A DNA stretch of 63,509 bases, the filler included. It is 10 parts of 10 records of this genome, joined end to end, with 100 filler letters (N's around TTAATTAATTAA, not from the genome) between each part and the next. Parts side by side here need not be neighbours in the genome. Positions count along the whole stretch, not along the records: positions 26,232 to 31,932 come from SRR31156797_9586; positions 32,033 to 39,305 come from SRR31156797_9592; positions 39,406 to 45,604 come from SRR31156797_9606; 7 more parts are not named here. One strand, given 5' to 3'. Below, in pieces: positions 29,797 through 40,308 of the stretch. Position numbers and translations under genes: made by a program. Position 1 is the first letter of the stretch, and every line of letters starts with the position of its first letter. The notes under the pieces are model-generated. The model did not search any database. It had not been told where the DNA came from and was given only the letters and a program-made list of their open reading frames with translations.

Positions 29797-30573
29797 TTAT
29801 ATAATTATTCCTCGACCCTCAGAAAGAGCATTCTTGTATTTTTCTTCATTAAAAGAATATAAAAATGGGGCACGGTGCGAGCCAATATTTTTACGTTTAT
29901 CGAGTCGGGTAAGAATGCCAAGATTTTCCATTTTTTTCTGAAAATTACGACGATCTAATTTACGTTTTAAAAGTGTTTCATAAATATATTGCAGTTCGGG
30001 TAAAGTAAACTCTTTAGGTAACAGGTTAATCCCAACAGGCTGATAATGCAACTGATTTTGAATGGTTTTTAAGGCTGTTGAAATCATTTCATCATGGTCG
30101 AAAAGTAGGTCGGGAAGGGTTTCTATATCGAACCACGCACAATCGCGCGAAAACTCGTCAGACCGTGGATTGGCAAGAGAAAAATCTATTAATGCATAGT
30201 AACCAATCGAAACAACCCGGTCATCGAGCCAGCTCCCTTTTATCTGTTTGTAGAATTTTGATTGTTCAAATTTTTTAATTTGATCTTTCGGAAAAAGCCG
30301 GTTGAGTTCACCAAAAGTACAGTATTGTTTTAAAAATACACCCGACAGTCCGGTGCGTGCCTCCAGAATCCGATGGGCAGCAGTATTTATCGATTCATTG
30401 CGTAAAATATTTCCGCCTGGTAAACACCATCCGTCAATATCCTCCCAACTTGTTAAAAGTATTTTTAGCTGTTTATCGTGGTACCCTAAAATGGCACAAT
30501 CGATAGACAAATGAGGAATAAAATAACGGTGTCCTTCTTTTATGAAATTTTCAATGTTTTTTATTAACGACAT
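29797..30573 (-). CDS. NrtR/AraR-family Nudix-wHTH transcriptional regulator
   Basis: LSIDCAILG, WCLPGG, and LLPKEFTLPELQ..YE...LDRRNF winged helix; ATG 30573 follows a TACATTTG -7 element (30578-30585). Confidence 0.9.
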   Translation of the reverse strand: MSLIKNIENFIKEGHRYFIPHLSIDCAILGYHDKQLKILLTSWEDIDGWCLPGGNILRNESINTAAHRILEARTGLSGVFLKQYCTFGELNRLFPKDQIKKFEQSKFYKQIKGSWLDDRVVSIGYYALIDFSLANPRSDEFSRDCAWFDIETLPDLLFDHDEMISTALKTIQNQLHYQPVGINLLPKEFTLPELQYIYETLLKRKLDRRNFQKKMENLGILTRLDKRKNIGSHRAPFLYSFNEEKYKNALSEGRGIII

Positions 30574-30591
30574 AAGACAAATGTAAAAATA

Positions 30592-30651
30592 ATTGCGTAC
30601 AAAATACACATTGTAAAAAGTAGTTATTATATTGCGTAATATTTACACAAT
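30592..30651. promoter_or_regulatory. Two NrtR-type operators (21-bp GT-N7-AC palindromes)
   Basis: ATTGCGTacaaaatACACATT (30592-30612) and ATTGCGTaatatttACACAAT (30631-30651) in the divergent nrtR/GH2 intergenic region. Confidence 0.8.
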
Positions 30652-30677
30652 AAGATTTTTAACTTAAATTATAGAAA

Positions 30678-31932
30678 ATGAAAGTCAAAATTTTTTTATC
30701 AACAGTATTTGTTTTTGTCGCAACAATACTTTTTGCTCAACAAGTTCCTATTAAAATAAACTTAAACAACTATTGGGAATTTCATAAAGTAGGTACAAAT
30801 CAGTGGTATACTGCAACAGTTCCAGGAGGTGTTCATACCGATTTATTGGCAAACAACTTAATATCCGACCCATACTTTGGGGAAAATGAAGCTGATTTAC
30901 AGTGGATTGAAAAATATTCATGGGAATATAAAACGATTTTTTCGGTAGATGCATCAATTTTGAAAAAGCAAAATATTGAGTTGGATTTTAAAGGATTGGA
31001 TACATATGCAGAAATTGTTTTAAACAATGAACATATTTTAACCACCGATAATATGTTCAGCGAGTGGCAAGTAAATATTAAACCTTTTTTAAAAGAGGGA
31101 GATAATATTCTCCGTGTTTTATTTCACTCGCCGGTTGTAATGGGATTATTGAGTCGCGATAAATTTAACCTGGAAGCACCGTTGGGTTATAATTTGGAAT
31201 TTTTACCAACAGAATGGCCCAATTGGGCTCCGTATGTTAGAAAAGCTGCATATATGAATGGTTGGGACTGGGGACCAAAATTAACAACAAGTGGAATTTG
31301 GAGACCCGTATTTTTAAAGGCATGGGACAATGCAAGAATTACCACTTTTGATATTATTCAGCATGAAGTTTCTGAAAAAAATGCGGATGTTACGGCTGTT
31401 GTAAAAATTGAATCGGATATTTCGGGAAAAGCGACATTAAATTTTTTGTATTCAAATAATAACGACGAAATAAAAGCAGAATTTAAACAGGTTCAACTTA
31501 TTAAAGGAGAAAACACATTTGAAACTGAGATTTCGATTAGTAACCCTGAATTGTGGTGGCCAAATGGTTTAGGAGAGCAGCCTTTGTATGTTTTTAAAAG
31601 CGAACTTGTTGTGGACGGAAAGGCCATAAGTAAACAAGAAACCAAATCGGGTTTGAGAACCGTAAAATTAGTTCAGGAGCCAGAACCCGACGGAGGGAAG
31701 TCGTTCTATTTTGAAGTAAATGGTACACCGGTTTTTGCAAAAGGTGCCAATTATATTCCTTCCGATGTTTTTCCGGCGAGAGTAACCAAAGAGCACTACG
31801 AGGAAATTATAAAAGGTGCTGTTGATGCAAATATGAATATGCTTCGTGTTTGGGGTGGCGGAATTTATGAAAACGACATTTTTTATGATTTATGCGATCA
31901 GTATGGAATTATGGTTTGGCAGGATTTTATGT
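30678..31932 (+). CDS. GH2 beta-mannosidase-like glycoside hydrolase (3' truncated)
   Basis: Signal peptide; RKAAYMNGWDWGP, WWPNGLGEQPLY, KGANYIP, NMLRVWGGGIYE, VWQDFM motifs. Confidence 0.92.
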
Positions 31933-32032
31933 NNNNNNNNNNNNNNNNNNNNNNNNNNNNNNNNNNNNNNNNNNNNTTAATTAATTAANNNNNNNNNNNN
32001 NNNNNNNNNNNNNNNNNNNNNNNNNNNNNNNN
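31933..32032. other. Artificial contig spacer 5
   Basis: 44N-TTAATTAATTAA-44N. Confidence 0.98.
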
Positions 32033-33417
32033 AAGGGGATGACCCTCAGGAACCGTCCGATCGTTCCGGGCAGCAGCATAAGCGGGATAAAGGCGGCCAC
32101 GGTCGTTGCCGTCGCGGCCATGACCGGGACAGCCACCTGCCCCACGCCGTCCTCTGCGGAGGAGACGCGGGACAGGCCGGACTGTCTCAGACGGAAGCTG
32201 TTCTCGACGATGACTATGCCGTGATCCACAATCATTCCCAGGGAGAGGACCAGGGCGAAGAGGGTGTTGCTGTTGAAGGTCTCGCCCAGAAGGTCCAGGA
32301 TCAGAAAGGTGGTGGCAAAGGTGACCGGCAGCCCCAGAGCCGTGACGAAGGCGTTCCGGCCTCCCAGGAAGAGGAAGAGCATCAGCACGAGCAGAAGGAA
32401 GCCGAAGAGGGCGTTGTTCTGCAGGACCCGTATGCTGTCCCTGATCTGAACAGTGGAATCGTTGATCAGAGACGCCTGTATGCCCTCGTCAAAAGCCCTG
32501 TCCGCCAGCAGGTCCCGGCAGGATTCAATGATGGAAACCGCATCGCCTCCGGGCTCCTTGAGAAGGCTGAGCAGTACGGCGGGACGCCCGTTGTGCCGGA
32601 CCCGCCCTCCCCGCAGGGAGTAGCCGTCCCGTATGACGGCGATGTCGCTGATCCTCACTTGGGTTCCTCCGTCCTCCGAGCGGACAAGGACGGAAAGGAT
32701 ATCCCCGGCCCCGGCAAAGGCGCCGGTCGTCCGCAGAAGGAACTGGGTGGATTCGGATGTGAGCGTTCCGCCGGGGACGTTCACGTTCACCCCCTCCAGA
32801 GCGCTCACCACCTCGTTCGCCGAAAGCCCAAGCGCCTCCATCCTTACGGGATTCAGTTCAATGAAGATCTCTCTGTTGCGTATCCCCGCGGCCTCGACCC
32901 CGGAGACGTCCGGCAGTCTGAGGATCTCCTCCTCCAGCTCTTCGGCCTCCCGGACCAGCTCTCCGTAGGGGGCGTTCCCGGACAGGACGATCTCTCCGGC
33001 CGGCAGAAAATCACCGGAGGAAAAATCATTTACCTCTCCGTCACCGGCGCCGTCGGGAAGAGCCACCTTGAAGAAGCGGGTCCTGACGTCCTGGAAGAGA
33101 CGCTCGAACTCATCGCTGTCCAGGTTGCTTTCGAACTCCACCCGGACGGTGGCGAAGCCCTCTTCGCTCACTGAGCGGAGGGCCTCCATCCGGTCCATCC
33201 CCTGCATCTCATTCTCGATGGGGACGGTCAGCAGATTCTCCACGTCCTCGGCGGAAGCCCCCGGAAAGGGAACCGTGATGATGGCCCAGTAGAAGGGGAC
33301 TTCCGAAAACTGCTCCCGGGGCATGCGGGAAAGGCTGAGGCCTCCCAGTGCCAGAAGGGAGACCATGAGGATATTCAGGAAAACGGGACTCCTTACCGAA
33401 AAGCGGCCTATATTCAC
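32033..33417 (-). CDS. AcrB-family RND efflux permease (3' truncated)
   Basis: PGASAEDVE, LGMIVDHGIVIVEN and ATATTVAAFIPL motifs. Confidence 0.93.
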
Positions 33418-34502
33418 GGAGCCGGACCTCCCGAGGCTTCGGTGACCGTCACCGGATCGCCGGACAGAAGGGTACCGAAACCGGAAACGATGATCAGGTC
33501 CCCCGGAAGAAGGGGCCCCCGGGACTGGAAGATCCGGCCGTCCAGGGTTCTCCCGTACTGAAGGGGCACGGCCTCGGCCTTCCCATCGCTCACACGGAAA
33601 ACAACCGTATCTCCGTCACGCGTCTGGATGGCTTCCCCGGGGAGGAAAAGATACTCCCGTCCCCTGTGGGAGGTCATGATGGAGACCCGGGCGGACATCC
33701 CCGGTTTCACCTCATCCTCTCCCCCGTTCTCCCAGCCGATCCACACGGGGAATCCTCCGCCGCCGTTCAGGCCGCCGGGGGAGACCGCTTTCACCCGGGC
33801 ATCGATCCGATAATCCCCCAGGGCCCCCACATGAACCCGGGCCTGATCTCCCTTTCGGATCAGGGGGATCTCATCCTCCCCGACGCTCAGACGGATCTGA
33901 AAGGAGGAACGGTCCACCAGATGGGTGACGGTATCCCCCTTCCTGAGGATGCTGCCGGGATTGATACCCTTCTCCCGGACGCCGGCATAGCCGGAATAGG
34001 GAGCCCTTATCCTTGTATTTCTGTAGGCTTCGGAGGCCTCGGAGGCCCTCAGACGCACGGCGGCCAGCCTGGCCAGCCCTTTCTGATAGTCGATCAGGGA
34101 TGTCCCACCCGTCTTATAGGACTTGTCAAGAGCCTCGAATTCCAGCTCAGCCGCCCTCAGTTCCTTCCCGGCCGAATCATAGGCCAGCCGGGGCAGCTCG
34201 TCCTCCACCGTAAGGAGGACATCGCCCTCCCGGATGAAGTCGCCCATCTCAAAATTGACGCTTTGAATCTCTCCGGAGGTCTCGGAAAGGACATCGCTCT
34301 CCCGTATCCCTTCGATCCGACCGGCCCCCTCGATCCTGATTGAGCCGGGAGACTCCTCCACCCGCACGGCCAGGACGGCCAGAGAAGGTTTTTCCAGGGG
34401 AGCCGCGGGAGTGGCATAGGAGGAGGCGTCCTCCTTCCCGGGACCGCAGGAAGAGAGGAGGATAAGGAGAACCGGCAGTAACGGCAGTCTCTGAGTGTTC
34501 AT
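33414..34502 (-). CDS. RND periplasmic adaptor lipoprotein
   Basis: LSSC lipobox, IRAPYSG, VKPGMSA; overlaps the permease start; GGGAG RBS before ATG 34502. Confidence 0.88.
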   Translation of the reverse strand: MNTQRLPLLPVLLILLSSCGPGKEDASSYATPAAPLEKPSLAVLAVRVEESPGSIRIEGAGRIEGIRESDVLSETSGEIQSVNFEMGDFIREGDVLLTVEDELPRLAYDSAGKELRAAELEFEALDKSYKTGGTSLIDYQKGLARLAAVRLRASEASEAYRNTRIRAPYSGYAGVREKGINPGSILRKGDTVTHLVDRSSFQIRLSVGEDEIPLIRKGDQARVHVGALGDYRIDARVKAVSPGGLNGGGGFPVWIGWENGGEDEVKPGMSARVSIMTSHRGREYLFLPGEAIQTRDGDTVVFRVSDGKAEAVPLQYGRTLDGRIFQSRGPLLPGDLIIVSGFGTLLSGDPVTVTEASGGPAP

Positions 34503-34552
34503 ACTCCCAGTATATTTTACGGGCGTATGAATTTCACACAATTACGACACAA

Positions 34553-36016
34553 TCAGTCGGGAGCGTACTTCAGAACCTGTTCCTGAAGGATCTGCTCGTA
34601 CTGCTCCAGGGCCTTGACCACCATCTTCTGAGGGGGCGTCACATCGGTGGAGTACTTCAGATTCTCCAGGACCTTGAGAAACTCTCCGTGATCCAGCGCG
34701 CCCCGGGCCCTGGGAAAGAGTATGCGTCCGGCGCAGGCGCTCTTCCAGGCGCCCATCTCCCCGGGGTCCAGGGTCTGGGGAAAGTTCCGGCCGACAAAGC
34801 GGCGCAGCATCTCGGGGATGCGGGGATCGTAGAAGTTCAGGGTCAGGGTCTTGAGCTCCTCGGGAGGGGTCTGATGGATGATCCTCATCCTGGTCCGGTC
34901 ATCGTCCCTGAAAAAGCCTCCCGAATAGATCTGAAGATCCGGGTCGTCCTCTACGCTGTAGTACTTCGACTTGTCCTGATTGAAGACCTCCCTGACCTTC
35001 TGCAGCAGGGAGGGGTCCTCCTTCAGTATCCGGCTGTGCTCCAGGCATAGGGCCTTGTCTATGCCCAGACGCCCGGCGGCCTCGTCGTCCAGGGTGGAGA
35101 GGGGCGCCACCACGGGGCACTTGCCCAGATGGATATCCTTCAGGGGGATACGCTCCAGACCCTCCTCCTCCAGCTGCCTGCGGGGGGTGAAGACGCGATG
35201 CCGGATCTCCTCCACCGTCAGCTCCAGAAGGGGGGCCGGATCAGAGCGGAGGTCGAAACAGTGGACCGAGTTTCTGATCAGCGGATCGACCACCAGGGGA
35301 GCCACCAGGGTGGTGCATCCCTTCGGGCCGGAGAACATCCCGGAGGTATGGACAAGGGGCTCCCTGTTCTCAAGGTCGATGATGTTCTTCAGCGCGTCCT
35401 TCTGCCGGTTCTCAAAGAAATACCGGTAGAGGCGGGGCTGTTTTTCAGCTATCAGGCGGGCCATGCCTATGGTGGCGTAAACGTCCGAAAGGGCGTCATG
35501 GGCGTGCTCATGGCTGATGCCGTTGGCTTCGCTCAGCTTCTCCAGCCTGAAGACGGGGCGGCCCTCGTCGTTCTCCGGCCAGACGATCCCCTCGGGCCTC
35601 AGGTCGTGGGTGGCCCTGACCAGATCCAGGATGTCCCATCGGCTGTTGCCGTCGGCCCACTCCCTGCGGTAGGGATCCATAAAGTTTCTGTAGTAGAGGT
35701 TGCGGATGAACTCATCGTCGAAGCGGATGCTGTTATAGCCGACGACACAGCTTCCCGGACGGGAGAGCTCCTTGTCGATGGCCTTGATGAAATCGTACTC
35801 CCTCAGCCCTTTTTCAAGGGTCTCCTGAGGGGTGATTCCCGTCACAAGACAGGCGTAGGGATCGGGAATGTAATCGGGAGAGATCCGGCAGTAGAGCACC
35901 ACAGGATCTTCGATGACCTCGAAGTCTTCGTTTGTGCGGACCGCAGCGAACTGGGCCACCCTGTCCCAGCGGGGATTCTTTCCGAAAGTCTCAAGGTCAT
36001 ACCATAAAAACGTCAT
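34553..36016 (-). CDS. sbcB: Exodeoxyribonuclease I
   Basis: FLWYDLETFG, GYNSIRFDDE, NSRWDILD, AHDALSDVYATI (DEDDh), and LQIYSGGFF motifs. Confidence 0.95.
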   Translation of the reverse strand: MTFLWYDLETFGKNPRWDRVAQFAAVRTNEDFEVIEDPVVLYCRISPDYIPDPYACLVTGITPQETLEKGLREYDFIKAIDKELSRPGSCVVGYNSIRFDDEFIRNLYYRNFMDPYRREWADGNSRWDILDLVRATHDLRPEGIVWPENDEGRPVFRLEKLSEANGISHEHAHDALSDVYATIGMARLIAEKQPRLYRYFFENRQKDALKNIIDLENREPLVHTSGMFSGPKGCTTLVAPLVVDPLIRNSVHCFDLRSDPAPLLELTVEEIRHRVFTPRRQLEEEGLERIPLKDIHLGKCPVVAPLSTLDDEAAGRLGIDKALCLEHSRILKEDPSLLQKVREVFNQDKSKYYSVEDDPDLQIYSGGFFRDDDRTRMRIIHQTPPEELKTLTLNFYDPRIPEMLRRFVGRNFPQTLDPGEMGAWKSACAGRILFPRARGALDHGEFLKVLENLKYSTDVTPPQKMVVKALEQYEQILQEQVLKYAPD

Positions 36017-36046
36017 GATTCCATGGTAAGGGATTCGGAGAATTGG

Positions 36047-36343
36047 TCAAGTGGCTTCTTTGAAGTAAAGAAGATTCCAGACCTTCGACCGGGGATCGCC
36101 GTCGATATGGGGACGGAGGGACTCCATCAGACCCTTGAAGACGCCGGTCCTCATAAAGGCCTGGGCATAGCTTTCATCCTCCCAGGTTCCGATAGCCACA
36201 GCCTCGGGCGGACTGACCAGAAACTGCATCCTCACGAATCCCGGCTGCGCCGCCGCCAGTTTCAATATCTTCTGTTCCCAGAGTTTACAGGCCCGGTCGA
36301 AGCCCTCTTCCTTGAACCTGTAGGTCATAGTCGCTGTATACAT
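36047..36343 (-). CDS. Antibiotic biosynthesis monooxygenase (ABM)-like protein
   Basis: QPGFVRMQFL...IGTWEDESYAQAF pattern; GGAGG RBS. Confidence 0.75.
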   Translation of the reverse strand: MYTATMTYRFKEEGFDRACKLWEQKILKLAAAQPGFVRMQFLVSPPEAVAIGTWEDESYAQAFMRTGVFKGLMESLRPHIDGDPRSKVWNLLYFKEAT

Positions 36344-36557
36344 AGACCATATCCTCCCGTGTCTTCCTCCAAGTATAGTCGGGAAGGGGAAGGATTTTCC
36401 ATCAAAACTTATCCCTTCATGACCGGGGCTCCGGGCTCGCCGACAGCGATCGGATGGCGAACTCCCAAGACCGCATCCGCCCGGAATGAGCCATCCCCCC
36501 CCACCCGGAGCGGCCCTGCTGTACTACGGAACCGGAGTCAGACCGCCTCTTCCCGAA

Positions 36558-37751
36558 TCAGCCCCTTTTCTGATAACTCACGTGAACGACATTCACCTTC
36601 CCCGCCCGGAAGAGCCCCTCGCAGGAGGCCAGATAGAAGTCCCAGATCTTTCTGAAGGCTTCGTCAAAGCCCAGCTTCCGGCTCCCTCCGGAGCTTTTGA
36701 GAAAGGACTCTCTCCAGCGCCTCAGGGTTTCTGCGTAGTCCGGCCCGAAGGGAGGAAAGAGCTCGGTCTTCATCTGGAGCCTCTCTCCCATATCCCGGAA
36801 CAGGCTCTCCGAAACCAGCATGCCTCCCGGAAAGATATACTGCTGTATGAAGTCGGTCTGCCTCCTGTACTCCCCGAACAGCTCGTCCCGGATCGTGATG
36901 CCCTGAATGATGCAGCGCCCCCCGGGTTTCAGATGGTCCCGGATGGCGCGGAAATAGGTCTCCCAGTGCTTCTCCCCCACCGCTTCGATCATCTCTATGG
37001 AGACAATCCCGTCGAAGGTCCCTTCCATATGCCTGTAGTCCTTCAGCCGGATGTCCGCAAGCCGCTCCAGGGACTTCGCTTTGATCCGTTCTACAGAATA
37101 CTCGTACTGCTCCCTGGATATGGTGATGGAACTCACCCTCATCCCCCGGAGGGCCGCGACCTCCGCAAACCCGCCCCAGCCGCAGCCTATCTCCAGAATA
37201 TGATCTCCCTGTTTCCACTGGCCCGCATCCAGGATGCGCTCGTATTTCTTCAGCTGGGCCTCTTCCAGGCTCAGGCTGTAATCCCTGTTGAAGTAGGCGG
37301 AGGAGTAGGTCATGGAGGGGTCCAGCCACTGTCTGAAGAAGTGATTTCCCAGGTCGTAGTGCCTGCGGATGTTCCTCCGGCTCAGGCGGGGCGTATTCCG
37401 CTTGAGGAAGCGGTTTCTGAGGGCATAGAGCAGCCGTCCCGGAGGATTCCCGGTAAACAGTTCGGACATATCCTTCTCATTCAGGGTGGCCCACTCGATA
37501 AGGCCGGGAAGATCGGGGCTGTCCCAGGCGCCGTCGCGGTAGGACTCGGCAAAGCCGATATCCCCCCGGAACAGCACCCTGCGGCACATGCTCCAGTCCC
37601 TGATACTCAGCTCAGCCCGGGGACCGTTCCCGTCCCCGCCTATGGTGAGAGCCTCGATTCCCGGCCCCCTCAGCACCAGCTCTCCCCGGCCGGCCTGCTG
37701 AAGGGCCTTCAGAAACAGTTTTGCCGTATAGGGCAGGGATGCCTTATTCAT
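36558..37751 (-). CDS. Cyclopropane fatty acyl synthase / UfaM-like fatty-acid methyltransferase
   Basis: NIRRHYDLGN, LDPSMTYSSA, LEIGCGWGG, SIEMIEAVG, FIQQYIFPGG, YLASCE motifs. Confidence 0.92.
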   Translation of the reverse strand: MNKASLPYTAKLFLKALQQAGRGELVLRGPGIEALTIGGDGNGPRAELSIRDWSMCRRVLFRGDIGFAESYRDGAWDSPDLPGLIEWATLNEKDMSELFTGNPPGRLLYALRNRFLKRNTPRLSRRNIRRHYDLGNHFFRQWLDPSMTYSSAYFNRDYSLSLEEAQLKKYERILDAGQWKQGDHILEIGCGWGGFAEVAALRGMRVSSITISREQYEYSVERIKAKSLERLADIRLKDYRHMEGTFDGIVSIEMIEAVGEKHWETYFRAIRDHLKPGGRCIIQGITIRDELFGEYRRQTDFIQQYIFPGGMLVSESLFRDMGERLQMKTELFPPFGPDYAETLRRWRESFLKSSGGSRKLGFDEAFRKIWDFYLASCEGLFRAGKVNVVHVSYQKRG

Positions 37752-38514
37752 CGCCCGTGGTCTCCTTCGTTTTATCACGTCTTGAACGGGAGCCCACGAA
37801 GGGGACTCCCTTGAGGAACAGGACCAGGGCCTGGAAATGGATAAGGAACAGAACCTTGAGGGTCTGGAAGGGAACGGCCAGCCCCATCCTGAGGAGATTC
37901 GTTCCGTCCAGTTCCATCGCCCGGCCCTGGATCTGGGTATAGAGCTTCAAGCGGCCGTCCACGAGGTAGCGGATCCTCACCCGGTCGATCTCTCTGTCCT
38001 GCCATTCGAAACGAAAATCATAGACCCCTTCGATCTCATTGAAGGGCGAGACATGGAAGGCCTTGTCCATAAGGAAGCTTTCCCCTGAGCGGATGGGCTC
38101 ACCTCCCTTCTCCATCATATAGTGATGCCGCCCGCCGAAGGTGTTGTTCACCTCAGCCAGCACAGCAATCCACTCTCCCTCTCCGTTGGCGGCATACCAG
38201 AAACTCACGGGATTGAAGACCCGCCCCAGAACCCGCGGAAAGGTCTGAAGGGTAATGGACGCGGGATCGATGCCTCTGGACAGGAACTGTTCCCGTCCCC
38301 AGTTCAGGGAGGATTCCCGGTCGCCCTTCCTGTAGCCGCTATGGTCTTTCTGATGAAAACTGAAGAGATTGAATCGGTCTACCGAGAAGAAACGGCTCTT
38401 CAGCCGGGGCATCTCTTCCAGGGGGAAACGGAGGTAGAAGACCCTGTAGCGGAAGCGGTTGGGCCGGGGGAAATGCCTCTGGTGGAAGACCTCCCCATCC
38501 ATCAGCCATTTCAT
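37744..38514 (-). CDS. DUF1365 protein (UfaO-like)
   Basis: HQRHFP..NRFRY, FNPVSFWY, AEVNNTFG, KAFHVSPF, IHFQAL motifs. Confidence 0.9.
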   Translation of the reverse strand: MKWLMDGEVFHQRHFPRPNRFRYRVFYLRFPLEEMPRLKSRFFSVDRFNLFSFHQKDHSGYRKGDRESSLNWGREQFLSRGIDPASITLQTFPRVLGRVFNPVSFWYAANGEGEWIAVLAEVNNTFGGRHHYMMEKGGEPIRSGESFLMDKAFHVSPFNEIEGVYDFRFEWQDREIDRVRIRYLVDGRLKLYTQIQGRAMELDGTNLLRMGLAVPFQTLKVLFLIHFQALVLFLKGVPFVGSRSRRDKTKETTGDE

Positions 38515-39305
38515 GATCTAATCCTCTCCCTGATCTTATCCACCACCTTCACAGCGGACCATATGCCGTCTTCATGAAAGCCGTACCTCTGCCAGGCACC
38601 GGCGAAATACAGCCCCCCCCTGCCCTGAAGGGAGTCGATCCGTTTCTGGGCGTCCAGGGCACGGCTGTCAAACAGGGGATGGGCATAACGGATCTCCCGG
38701 TAGACCAGCTCCCCGGGGATCGCCCTGCGGGGATTGAGAGTGACCAGCAGGGGGATGTCCGTATCCAGGGGCTGCAGATGATTGATGTAATAGGTCACAG
38801 ACAGGGGCGCCCCCTCTCCCGCCCGCTCATCCAGAAGATAGTTCCAAGACTCCCAGCCCTTCCTCTTCCGGGGAAGCAGGGACGTGTCTCTGTGCAGAAA
38901 GGCCCTGTTCTCCTGATAGGGGAAGGAAGAGAGGATCTCTTTTTCATCAGGATTCAGATCCCTTAGGATTTTCAGATTATCGATCCCGTGGATGCCGGAC
39001 ACGACCAGATCAAAGCGCTCTGACAGCTTTGCCGAGGAGAGCTCGATCCCCTCCGCACCGCGTCTTATCCCTTCCACGGGAGAGGAGTGAATCGCTCTGT
39101 CCAGGGTGCCGATGATTTTCTCCACGTAGACGCGGCTTCCCCCGGGGATGGTGTTCCAGGGAGGCCGGTCGGTCACCTGCATAAGCCCGTGATTCTGAAA
39201 AAAGCGGAGCAGAGACTCTGCCGGATAGTCCAGGATCCTGTCGGGAGGTGTGGACCAGATGGCAGCGGCCATGGGAATCAGATACCACTGGACAAAGTCC
39301 TCGGA
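38511..39305 (-). CDS. FAD-dependent oxidoreductase COG2907 (UfaD-like; 5' truncated)
   Basis: PMAAAIWS, FFQNHGL, WESWNY, YAHPLFD, AGAWQRYGFHEDG motifs. Confidence 0.9.
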   Translation of the reverse strand, partial: SEDFVQWYLIPMAAAIWSTPPDRILDYPAESLLRFFQNHGLMQVTDRPPWNTIPGGSRVYVEKIIGTLDRAIHSSPVEGIRRGAEGIELSSAKLSERFDLVVSGIHGIDNLKILRDLNPDEKEILSSFPYQENRAFLHRDTSLLPRKRKGWESWNYLLDERAGEGAPLSVTYYINHLQPLDTDIPLLVTLNPRRAIPGELVYREIRYAHPLFDSRALDAQKRIDSLQGRGGLYFAGAWQRYGFHEDGIWSAVKVVDKIRERIRS

Positions 39306-39405
39306 NNNNNNNNNNNNNNNNNNNNNNNNNNNNNNNNNNNNNNNNNNNNTTAATTAATTAANNNNNNNNNNNNNNNNNNNNNNNNNNNNNNNNNNNNNNN
39401 NNNNN
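39306..39405. other. Artificial contig spacer 6
   Basis: 44N-TTAATTAATTAA-44N. Confidence 0.98.
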
Positions 39406-40308
39406 CCTTTCTTAGAAATAAAACACATTATCAAGGATGCAGATATTTCATTTGCCAACCTTGAGTGTGTTATATCTGACAAAGGCAAGCTCAGATCCAA
39501 ACACTATAATAAAGTTAACTATAATGCTTCCACAAGCGTATTAGAAAATATCTTATTCTCCGGTATAGACGTCTTATCTATTGCAAACAACCATGTTTAT
39601 GATCTTGGAGAAACAGGGCTACTTAGACATCATGAGATTCTTAAAAGCTCTCCACTTTATTTTGGTGGCGCTGGTAAAGATCATCGTGACGCATCCAAGC
39701 CGGTAATTGTTGAGGCAAACGGACTTCGTATCGCCTTTCTTTTTTACACTTCAATTGGACTAAGTTTTTGTGCAGATAAAAACAAAGCCGGATATAATTG
39801 CCTCCCGATAAAAGACAAGGCTAAAGCATTAGATATATTAAAGAATGACATGAAATCCATATCTACTGTAGATATTAAAATACTTTCCATTCACTGGGGA
39901 CCTAACTACAATACGAAGACCTCAGAGCATCAGATAGATTTTGCGCATTCCGCAATAGAATCAGGAGTTGATATTATTCTTGGACATAGTTCACATTTGT
40001 TTCATGGAGTTGAGATCTATAAAAACAAACCGATCATTTATGATATGGGGGACCTGCTAGTTGACAAGTATGATGGCTGGGACACGAGGTCGTTCATCTA
40101 CCTTCTTCATATTAAAAAAGAAATGGTTACCCAAGTTGAGATGATCCCAATATATATTCCAAACTCTCAGATAAAGGAAGCAAAAGGAATAATGGCTGAT
40201 GACATCATCGAAAGAGCAGCTGTTTTAAACAAGAGATTTAACACTATTCATAAAAAAATAAAAAATAGAATGCTTATAAATACTAATAAAACTGACACTA
40301 TTCAATGA
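39406..40308 (+). CDS. CapA/PGA_cap family metallophosphoesterase (5' truncated)
   Basis: Frame is open from the contig start: FANLECVIS, SIANNHVYD, SIHWG, ILGHSSH, IYDMGD. Confidence 0.88.
   Translation, partial: PFLEIKHIIKDADISFANLECVISDKGKLRSKHYNKVNYNASTSVLENILFSGIDVLSIANNHVYDLGETGLLRHHEILKSSPLYFGGAGKDHRDASKPVIVEANGLRIAFLFYTSIGLSFCADKNKAGYNCLPIKDKAKALDILKNDMKSISTVDIKILSIHWGPNYNTKTSEHQIDFAHSAIESGVDIILGHSSHLFHGVEIYKNKPIIYDMGDLLVDKYDGWDTRSFIYLLHIKKEMVTQVEMIPIYIPNSQIKEAKGIMADDIIERAAVLNKRFNTIHKKIKNRMLINTNKTDTIQ

Noticed and set aside
36344..36557. GC-rich intergenic stretch as a possible tRNA or ncRNA
   Set aside because: No cloverleaf, T-loop or recognisable motif could be built by eye.
32221..38966. 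Long plus-strand ORFs (e.g. 32221-33174, 35129-36007, 36486-37814)
   Set aside because: Antisense shadows of RND, sbcB and cfa in high-GC sequence.
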